A stretch of DNA of 64,000 nucleotides from Nymphaea colorata. Taxonomy: Eukaryota. The translations under genes were made by a program, and so were the position numbers. The DNA is taken from the NCBI RefSeq assembly GCF_008831285.2, contig NC_045138.2, forward strand, positions 18,166,001 to 18,230,000, read 5' to 3'. The notes under the pieces were generated by a model. That model ran no database searches and was not told where the DNA came from. It saw only the letters and a program-made list of their open reading frames with translations. The first letter of the stretch is position 1, and every line of letters starts with the position of its first letter. Shown piece after piece: positions 53,476-64,000 of this stretch.

Positions 53476-56400
53476 ATTTGTTATCACTACCGTATCGTAT
53501 CATGTATCGGTCGGGCCGACCTATATGCCATATGGTATCGTATCATAAATGTATCGTAAAATTAATTTTTTAATTTATAAAAAATGTTTAAAATTTATAA
53601 AAAATAGAAAAAAAATCAGAAAATTTCTAAAAAAATCCAAAAAAAAACTAGTAAAAATCAGAAAAAATCAAGAAAAATGTATTTAAATGAACATTCATCA
53701 TTCATTCATGTATATGAAGTATGAACTATGAAGTATGCATATGAACAAGACATTCCCAAATAAGAAAACAAACATTCAAAAATCAAAATAACATACTAAG
53801 CAACCTAAGAGGCTAAGAGTATTCAATTACATCACAATTCATAAGTTCAGAAGTCAAAAATCAAAACATATTGACATAGTTTCCAAAACTCAAAACAAAA
53901 AGCGTCGTCAATCGTCATCTGCATCATCATCTTCATTCTTCATCATCAACTTCATTTTCTTCATTAAGTGTTTATTCTTTCCCCTTTATTGCAAATGGAA
54001 TGTCACCAATATTCCATTGCTCCCCCCCAGCCTCTCCTTCATCAATAATCTCTGCTGCTCCTTCAACGTTCAAAAAATCAAGATCGTCCTCATCAAGTAT
54101 TGCAGATGGTTCTTCTTCAACCCAAGAATCTAATATATCAAAATGGTCAATGAAGATAGAATCATATTGAGTGTGATGTTTCCTCATAGATGTTGTCTCT
54201 AGTTGCCTAACAAGAGAAAAATTTAACAAATTGTTAGAGATTAAAATGTATATTAGAATTTGTTATTTTGTATAACAAATGTTTACCTTTGTCTCAACTT
54301 CATATATAACGAACATAAACAAGGTCATTCAACATTTTATGTTCCAGCCTATTCCTCTTCTTACTGTGGATGTGCTGAAATACACTCCAAATTCTTTCAC
54401 ATCCAGTTGCACTACATGTTTGGCTGAGGATTCTAATTGCAAGCTTCCTTAATTCTGGGCAATCAGGCCCATACCTTTCCCACCACAAATCTAATAACAG
54501 CTGGAAAGTAAAAATGTTGTCAGAATAAATATATGAGAAGGTAGAATAAAAGCTAAACAACAAAAACCATAAAGTCTCTTTTTCTAATACTTGGATAAAT
54601 AGTTGTCCGACATCGAACTGTTGTGTCTCTCGCCATGGTACCAGAAGCCGTATCATATTTGTTGATCGACATATGGATAGCGTCTTGTTCTTTACTATCA
54701 CCTACTAATACGTCAATACAATCCGACATGCTATACTCGACCTCTCTATCCTTCTTAAAAGTGGGAATATATCTAATAGCAAAATTTAGATAGTAGGATG
54801 CTGCATGAAGTGGGCGATGAAATTGTCTAGGCCACCGTTCATCTATAATCTTCCATATAGGCATGTACAACTTCTTTTTTCCCTTCATATTATCTCTAAT
54901 GGCCTCCTTGGCTCTGTCCATAGGTTCATATAAATATCTAATAGAAGGTTTATCTTCACTATCAACTAACCTGAGGACTTTCACTAGAGGTACACAAATC
55001 TTCAATAAGTGCACACATGATTCCCAAAAATCAGCATCGAAGATGTTATCCACAACTGTCGTAGCCTTTCTTTTATAGGCATGTGGATATGCAGCCCAAT
55101 CATCACTTGAAAACATCTACCTGAGAGAAGTTCTTTGCTTGACTATACCCTACACTGTCAAAACATTTGTAGCAAACCGTGTTTGTGCAGGTCGAATCAA
55201 TGATTATAAATAAACTTTGTGATTTCTTGGCATCTATGAACTGTCAACTTCATATCATCTCTTTCACCAAGATCCTGAAGCATAAGATTTACACAGTGAG
55301 CAGCACATGGACTCCAATAAAATATCTCATATCGTGCTACTAACATTTCACCTACAGCTTTATAATTTGTTGCATTATCAATGATAAATTGTACGACATT
55401 TTCATGTCCAACTTCTTTTATAACTTTATCAAAAATCCCAAACAACACATCAGCAGTCTTAGGATTATCAGACAAATCAACAGATTTTAAGAACATAGTA
55501 TCAAGAGGGCAATATACAAGGAAGTTTACCAATGTTCTGTTCATGTCTGTCCACCCATCTGCCATTACACTGCATCCTGTAGCTTTCCAGCTCAATTTTA
55601 GTTCATCACAATATGTCTTAACGTCTCTAACTACATTGTTGAGAATTTTACCTCGCAATTTATGAAAAGAGGGCATTTTATACCCTCGGCCTACACTAGC
55701 AATCGCATTTGTTATAGGCTGAAAATGATAAGAGTTTGCTGCATTGAAGGGAATGGATGCATCATAACCATCTGCTGTTTCAATAATATCCTTTGATTGC
55801 ATGGCTATACGAATCTCAGGCTGATCACCAGCAGTAGTATAATTGGGAAAAAATTCTTGATTGAACCAGACATATTGCTCGACCTCATAGTAGGGACTCT
55901 ACCACCACCAGTACGACCATGACTCCTGCCACATTCTCGTGAAACTGAACTTATACTTGCGCCTCTTCTTATTCTGGTTGCAGTTGCAGAAGAACCACCT
56001 CCATGCACAATGCCTTTCCCTTTAGTTGTTCCCAAACTGACACCAACATCTTCTTCTTCAAGCTGAACATCTTCACCTTCACTTTCTTCCTCTTCATGTG
56101 AGTCCCCATATCCTTCCTCTGCATCTTTCATTTCCTTTTCAATACTACTTGCTTTCACTGCATTAAGAAGCTCTTGACACTGGTGTTTTACATACGCTGG
56201 CAATGGGTTCTCTTGGGAGCCATTGCATTGAGCCACATCACTGTGTGTACCAGCTATATGGTGTTTAAAGCGAGAGATCCCTCCTGATATGATTTGCTTA
56301 CAATAAATGCACATAACTTTTAACCTATCTTTGGGATTCACCCTTTCACACCTTCCATGCAGAATCCGACTTTATATCTTCACAAAACAAGTAAAAACAT

Positions 56401-56816
56401 ACAAATAAATGTAGGAAATAAGAGAAATGAACGATTTGATGGCGAAAATGGGTTATTTCTTACCTTCTTGTTGTTAAAATCCAAAAAACCCTCTTTCTCC
56501 GAGCTTCCCACCGTCCCTAGACTCCGCACAATGAGAAAGAAAGCTTCTTCACCGACAAAACTTGATGCAAATGGAGAAAATCTCCCCCTCCCACGTCTCT
56601 TGTAGCGTTTACAAATAAGAAAAAAAAGAGAGAGGAGCGTCTCTTCTAAAACAAGACATAAAAAAGGGGTCCGCCCTTTTTAATTTTTCCCCTGTATCAT
56701 GCGATGTGGCCACCGTGCGATACGCGTATGATACAGATGTGTATAGTCTTTAAACAATGTATCGTATAGGTCTTCTTGACCTATACGATACGTATCGTAC
56801 GATACGAATAACATTG
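53476..56816 (-). mobile_element. Full-length but inactivated hAT element with 8-bp TSD
   Basis: TSD CTTTATAC at 53468-53475 and 56817-56824; imperfect TIR (TGTTAT core); CGTAT/CGATAC subterminal repeats; BED finger, DGWTD, CAAHCVNLML, GCERIWS..SKKRNRL split by stops and frameshifts. Confidence 0.93.
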
Positions 56817-58791
56817 CTTTATACAACAAAATCAAGTTATGTGCTCTTGAAACTATGACCGATTAGTTTGAATATGAATACCACAATTTCCGAAAGTTGG
56901 GGTGTTGTTCATCGTATCCTGCCTGAAACCAATTTATTATCTCCATCATTTAGATCAGAAAAATAAAATCTAGTAAACTTTCAATTGTGTAAATATTTGA
57001 CCGACAAAATCAAATTTCCCGCCTGAGACCAATAATATCTCTACCAGCATCGTTAAAATTGGTTCATGTCACGCCCCAAATCCTTCTTCGGTTATGTCAC
57101 GCAAGTCTTCACTCTTCCACCCAAACGCCCCAAAAGGTAGGAAAACAATTTTTGGGGTCCACTAGAGTTTTTGACACCCGTTGACCATTGTGTACCTATT
57201 GATCACCCAAAAAAAAAAAAATCAAATGTAACAAAGACTAGAGCCTTTGACAATTTTAAATTCATTTAAGAAAACACAAGCAGCCGTGAACGATTCTAAT
57301 GTTTCAAACTACGTGTCAAGCGCAGCCACTTTTACGAAAGAGAAAGGAGTCATTTGACCCAAAAACAAGTTCTCCTCGCACTAGCCAACAACTAGTGGTA
57401 TGCTTGGGCATCAGGCCTCACTTGGCATAGAAATTGAGCACCAGGTCAGCTCGGGTGAGCCCGATTCAATTCAATTAAGTCAGATAATTTATATTTATTA
57501 AATTTTTATTATTAATATATATAACTATATATTTTTTATTATAATTAAATTACATTTATATATTTTTTGTTCTTAAAATATATTTTGAATATTAATTTTA
57601 AAGAATTTAAATTTGCCAAAAACTCTAGCTCTGCTACATTTGTTTTTTTTTTTTTCTTTTGGGGTGATCAATGGGTACTCAATGCTCTCTTTGACTTTAA
57701 TCCCTTTACTTAGATTTTAATGTGTACGATTCGACATAGTTACCCAAGACATTGCCCTTGTTGGTAGAACCCGTCTTTTTAATTTGGACTGGTAGGAACT
57801 CGTCATTCTCTTTCTCCTATATATATATATATATATATTTGCCCTTTCATGTCTTCCCTTTCTCTTCAAAGCCGCATGTCAAGTCCTATTTAATTTTTGT
57901 GGTCCCTACTCTACTTGGAGGAAGTTTGAGCTTCATGTGAGCGGTCTTTTCCCCCATTCTGTTGACCGAGCCGGCCCCCATCAGGTACCGGTACCTGGCC
58001 CCGTCGTTACCGGTCCTCTGCCCAGTCGGGTGTGGGTCCGGGGGCTCGATGCTTCGGCTCGGGTTCGACCGGAGCCGATCCAACCCTGTAATATATTTAA
58101 AAATTATTTTTTTATTATTTTTTAATTTAATAATATGTATTTCCCTCCCTCTTTCCACTTTCCACTCCGACTTGACTTGGCCCACCCGACCTCACCCACG
58201 CAGCCGTCTCTCTATCTCCCCCGCTTCCCTTGCCTTATGTCGGTCAGACAACTTCTTTGTAAAGGTCTGGCCCGTGCATCAACTGTCCAATGCACATTAT
58301 CAGCCCCGTGCGTGTTGTACGACTTCTTCCTCCTTTCCATCTTTCTGTCTAATGCACATTCATACATTTGGATTTGATCTTTCCTGTCTAATGCACATTC
58401 ATATATTTGGATTTAAATTCAGATCTGAATAACGAATAATGAAAAGTTACATCTAAATTCTGATTCTACAATTTCTGAGTCAGACCTGAATCTGACTTCT
58501 ACTTTCGCATCCAAATCGAGTTCTGAACATAATCCAGCCATTTTTCACATTGTAAGGTTATTGGATATAGGATATTTATTTAAAAATAAATTTAACTTGA
58601 ATCCTAATATAATCGGATACTTTTATATATGTCAAATCTAAATCTGAGTGGATATCATTCTTAAAACCAAATCTGATTCAACCGATATTAATGTTTTATT
58701 GTCAAAATAGTTTTTATAAATATATTTTATTTAAATTTCTAACAAAAAATTTAAAAAGTCTGGCTTTTGTCCGTGATGGCATAATTTCTAC

Positions 58792-58886
<95 letters not shown>

Positions 58887-58895
58887 ACAAATGGA

Positions 58896-59276
58896 AGGTT
58901 ATCAGGTTCTACAACCGTGTGGGACTCATGAATTTTCTCCCGGAAAGAAAATGATTCATTACTGGTTTATTTTTCAGTTGTCTACCGCTAAAGGAGTTAG
59001 TAAGAGCAGGATTCTTTATCTGAATCAGCAAAGAAGTTAGTAAAACCCTCGTATAGTCAATATATAGATACAGTTGATAGAAACTAGCAGTGAACTATAC
59101 GAGGGCTTTACTAACTTCTTTGGTGATTCACATAAAGAATCCTGCTCTTACTAACTCCTTTAGCTCTAGATCAGTGGTAGACAACTGAAAAATAAAGCAG
59201 TAATGAGTCATTTTCTTTCCATATTTAAGGGAGAAAATTCATGAGTCCCACACGGTTTTAGAACCTGATAACCTTT
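58896..59276. repeat. Fold-back, ~170-180 bp arms
   Basis: AAGGTTATCAGGTTCT..CCCTCGTATAGT / ACTATACGAGGG..AGAACCTGATAACCTT. Confidence 0.95.
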
Positions 59277-59278
59277 TA

Positions 59279-60217
59279 GGTGTTTGGTTTTGACTCGAAG
59301 AAACTGCCATGGTATTCACTCTTATGGCATCCAGCTTTCGGCAGTGAGATGCAATCGAGTCGCGTATAAATATCGAAGCTGAAAAAGGTCCAGCAGCCAC
59401 ATTTTTTACGGGCTAACTGCATGGTCCAGATCGGGATCCAAATTGGATCATTAAGCTTGGGCTTGGCCTACTTTTGAGGAGATTGAATCTACTTTTAGAT
59501 TTGAATCTACACTTGAGCGTGGTACCTACCGATCAAAACTAGTAGATCCATCAGGCCCAGTGATCATCACGTCGTTTATCTTGGATCCTTATTGATTCCG
59601 CCCGGACCCGTGATCCTCCTCATGTGGAACGGAGTTTGGGGCCTTCTTTTCTGAAGACAAAGCAAGAAGGGTGCACATGCCAGCCAACATTTCTCAGCAA
59701 ATAATGTATTAATGCTGGATAGCAACCAAATCCAACCATCTTTCAACAAATTATTGTCATTAACTATATCATTTTTCATATTCGAAACCACTACTAAATT
59801 TTATACAAGTTGAGCAAAACCGACCTTCTCTTCTTGTCTCGACACATGCCTTGAATTTCAATAGCTGGAGGAGCCGTGGATGCAGGAGCGATGTTATCAG
59901 TCTAACACCATTTTTTTGTAATTATTATCATCACTAGATATGAAACCCCATATTAGAACGTCTCAGAATCCGAAATCAGAACGCACAACATGATAGGAGG
60001 CGGAGGCAGACGAAGGGAAGGCGGCACTTTTCCATTTCCACCGATTCTTCTTCTTTTGTCATCAAACGCAGAAATTTATTTTCAGAAAAATAGTTTCAAA
60101 TTAACAAACACAACATAGTTTTGGAAATCTAGAATTTTATTTCTCAAAAACCAATTTTAGAAATATATTTCTGAAAACTTATTTTCAAAAACGTATTTCT
60201 CATCATCAAACACTACC
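59279..60217. mobile_element. Possible PIF/Harbinger (Tourist-like) non-autonomous element
   Basis: TTA|GGTGTTTGGT ... ATCAAACACTACC|TTA; TIRs imperfect. Confidence 0.4.
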
Positions 60218-62133
60218 TTAAGAAAACAAAAGCAGCCCTGAACAATTGTTTTGTTTCAAACTAAGTGTCAAGGGCAGCCACTTTAGAGAAAGGAGCCATT
60301 TGATCCAAAAACAAGTTCTGCTCGCACTAGCCAACAGCTAGCGTTATGCTAGGACATTGGGCCCAGAAATTGAGCACCAAGTTAGCTTGGGTGGGCCCGA
60401 CTCAACTCAATTAAACAGATAATTTATATTTATTAAATTTTTATTATATATATAACTGTATATTTTTTATTGTAATTAAATTATATTTATGTATTATTTT
60501 ATGCACAAAAATATAATTTTAAAGAGTTTAAAATTGTCAAAAACTCTTAAGCTGTGTTACATTTGGTTTTTTTTTTCTTTCTTTTTCGTTGGGTGATCAA
60601 TGGGCACGCAATGTTCTCTTTAATCCCTTTACTTGACCTGGATTTTTAATGTGTACGATTTCATATAGTTGCTCCATACATTGGACTTGTTGGTAGGAAC
60701 CCGTCATTCTCTCTCTCTTCTCTATCCCTGTCTCTCTTCCATTTCTCTTTCATCTCTTCTCCCTCTCTATCTTGCTCTAAAGGAACGCACTTTCTCGGTG
60801 TACGTTGGAGGATGTCTGAGCTTCATGTGAGCGGTCTTTCCCCCTCTCAGTCGACCGGGCCCGCCCCCATTAGGTACCGGTACTGGCCCCATCATTACCC
60901 GGTACTCTGCCCAGGTGTGGGTTCGGGGGCTCGATGCTTTGGCTCTCGATGGGACCCGAGCTGATCCAGCTCTGTAATATTTAAAAATTAATTTTTTATT
61001 ATTTTTAATCTAATAATATGTTATTTATTATCAAAAGATATTTTATAATTTTAAAAAATATTTTTTTATTATCAAACGGACCCGGGTCGGGTGAGACTCG
61101 GGCCCAGGTTTCTGCTACCGGATTGAGCCCAGGTCCGGATTTCCGCTATCGGGCTGAGCAGCGGTGATTTGTTTTCCTGCTAGTGCTTGTAATTTACTTG
61201 CATGTACGATCAGAAGATTACATATTTTCAACATCCGGCCTCGGACATCACACCATGATGGGTTTCTGATGCAGCAGGGCGGGATGGCAGGGGCCATGAC
61301 CTTCCCTCACATTTTTAGAAATTTCAAGATTTTATATATAAATTTAGAAAATTGTAATTTAACTTACATAAAATATCTGACAATTATATTTAGATCTTTA
61401 TTAAAATTTTGAAACTATAGCTCCACTCTTGCTTTCAAATTCAATCCTCTGAAGATACAATTCAATGTAAATGAATTCTTAGCAGCAGGCGATGAGGAGT
61501 CACGGGAGGGTTTGTCTCACATGAATAAAAGGAGACCGCGGGTCTCCATGGCTTTTATTTGAAGTGGTGCAAATCGATCGTGGGGTCTCCATGGCTTTCA
61601 TTTGAAGTGGTGCAAATCGATCGAGTCCTTGCTCAGTTCCGGCAAGATTGTGTATCTGATATGGTGACGACAGTCCAAACTGTGGTAGCACTTAAGACAT
61701 ATGCGCAGTCTGTACAACCTTGCCTGCACTGACCGTGGACTCGATTGGTGTGCACCTACTTCAAATACAAGCCACGGAAACCTACCTATCTTTTTTTGAT
61801 TCACATGACATAATAGATGCACTTTACCCAAACGCAAATTCTATCGGGGCCAAAACCATATTTTTTAAAATTTCTGCATGTTAAATTGACATTTTCATAA
61901 TTATGGGAAATAAATTTTGGTTTTTTGCTCTGCCACTCTCCACTTAACTCTGTGCTGGTTGAGAGTCTGTCAGGTTCAAAACATTTTGTCTTATGTTTCT
62001 CACCAAATTACTCCTAAAATCATAATTATAGTGTTAGATTGTAAAAGAATATTTTAATAATTAATTTTAATATATCTGTTTTTGATCTTTAACTTACATG
62101 GTCTCACTTTTACCAACTTCTCTCTCTCTCTCT

Positions 62134-62181
<48 letters not shown>

Positions 62182-62696
62182 GAAGTGTGAGATATAGAAA
62201 TATAGCTGTTTTCCATCTCGGTATTTGCATGTCCACTTCATGGTTGAATAGAATTGCATCAAAAGTTCGTTTTGGTGCAATGGTGGGGATGGGGCAGATA
62301 GGCGGTTAGTTTCCATTCGAACTCCCATGACATCAATCTTTTGTACTGCAAAAATAAATGTGCGGGTATGCAAATTGAAGCTTGGACATTGTTTCAATAC
62401 ATAAAAAAACAAGCCCTGTCCTAGGAGGATGGGAAAGATGGTGGGTAGGGGATACTTGCCTTCAATCAGGTTGTAGGAATAGCCTTGAGTTTAGCCAAAA
62501 ATCCATCTTGGTGAGTCATTGATTCCCCACCTGTAAAGCTTTGAGAGGTGCTGTATGGATGCATTCTCATAATAATAATAAGTTTTGGTGTTTTCGCCCA
62601 GATCGGACGGTGGAATTCCGTAATTTTCTAACCCTGCATGCTTGTAAATTACAAGCACTTGTTGGGGGAACACCCACGAATAGGAAGAGAAACTTG

Positions 62697-62997
62697 TTTT
62701 GAATTTTGATTAACATAAAAAACAAAAAATCATATCATTTTTTACTCTTTTCTTTAAATCATATTTTTGAGAAAAAGATGGGGAATGGAAAAGGAGAAAG
62801 GGCCAATTGCGTCTTCCAAAGCAGCATTCATTTTGCTTCTTGTGCTGCACATTTTTCCATCTAAAGCATTCTTTTCCACAGCAACATGACTGTCCCCTTT
62901 TCTCTTCTTCAACATTTTCTCATAATTATGGTTTAAAATATGAGAGTCGGAAGTGCTTTTCTTTCTTTCTGTTTTTTATGTTAATCAAAATTCAAAA
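62697..62997. repeat. Imperfect ~300-nt fold-back
   Basis: TTTTGAATTTTGATTAACATAAAAAACA / TGTTTTTTATGTTAATCAAAATTCAAAA with weaker inner pairing. Confidence 0.75.
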
Positions 62998-63084
62998 TGA
63001 CTTCCTTGAATAAAGGATCTTATTGAATTGACTTAGCAGACCTCCGACCCGACAATGTGAGGAGATATGAAAGACGCCTCAGAG

Positions 63085-63275
63085 AATGAGGCTCAGGAAT
63101 TCTGAGAAATCCCACAGCCCTCCCCTGATTCATTCACCACTGATAAACTTTCAACTAATTTTACTACAGAGGGCTTCAAGCTTGTCATCTTTTTTTTAAT
63201 AATAAGCAGATTTTTTTACAATAAAAACTGGGATTTTTTTATACCAAGATAAGATATATATATATATATATATAT

Positions 63276-63317
<42 letters not shown>

Positions 63318-64000
63318 TTCTTGCATGAGTTTGATGCAAGTCCGTTTAATTTCCTCCAGCGGCGAATCCAGAGTTTGTGTTTGAGAGGTTTTTGTCTCCA
63401 AAAGGATGTAACCATTATGTTTGGCTTGATTTTCCTTTTCCCATTTTGTGATTTTTTTCACCAACGAAAACGTGCATTGCGAAGACAACAGAGCAAGTTA
63501 AAAAAATGAAATATGAAGCAAAAACAAAATTCAATTACGAAGAGCTTCATATGGACCTCGTACGAAGAAGCTCATTGTCCCCGAGTTTCATCCTACTTGG
63601 AAAGTGTGAAAACCTTCCAGCTCCTGAAATGTGTGTCCTGGCAAAAATTTCTGATTACTTCAAGCAATATGATTATCAAAAGCAGAAGGCAATTCGGTAT
63701 CGGCTACAAATTCGTTTCAGTTTGAGAGTGCTTCTCAAGGTGATAGATGGGTTGCAGTTCTTTTGTAGCAAACTTTAAAGTTTAATCGTAGCTTTAGTTT
63801 AATCTGCTATGTTTGCTTTTGATATTTCTTTGATTGTTATACTCTTCAGCTTCTTTGTATTATACTTGGTTACCACCTAAAAGTTCAAAAAATAGAAACT
63901 ACCATTTTTTTCTGAGGGGAATTTCGGAAGATATACATCAAGATGGCATTCGGGGAAGCTTAGGATATCATAAAGGTTGGTAAATGTTAAATAATTTTTC
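63085..64000 (+). repeat. Start of a further module copy (paralogue of ~35990-36775)
   Basis: GGCTCAGGAAT..GAGAAATCCCACA through AAAGGTTGGTAAATGTTAA shared. Confidence 0.9.

Overview
AT-rich flowering-plant nuclear DNA with no intact protein-coding gene that I can support. The window is a mosaic of local segmental duplications: 1-15.7 kb is largely repeated at 37-60.6 kb, there is an inverted copy at 16.7-20.3 kb, and a further copy starts at ~63 kb. It holds four decayed hAT transposase elements, many hAT-type MITEs and long (TA)n tracts. It also holds decayed host-gene pieces: a PLS-type PPR gene, LIFEGUARD/BI1-like, Pollen Ole e 1/AGP31-like, serine carboxypeptidase-like and SWI3C-like fragments. 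The main unexplained structure is a promoter-like cassette (three ~70-bp tandem repeats + TATA box + conserved leader) present in six copies, together with about a dozen fold-back inverted repeats (24-800 bp arms). Several of these fold-backs are built from local module sequence whose paralogue elsewhere in the window is single-copy. My best hypothesis (inference, untested) is an expanding cluster of non-coding hairpin-RNA / siRNA (possibly reproductive phasiRNA) precursor loci, some reading antisense into captured gene fragments. All coordinates and alignments were done by eye and may be off by a few bases.
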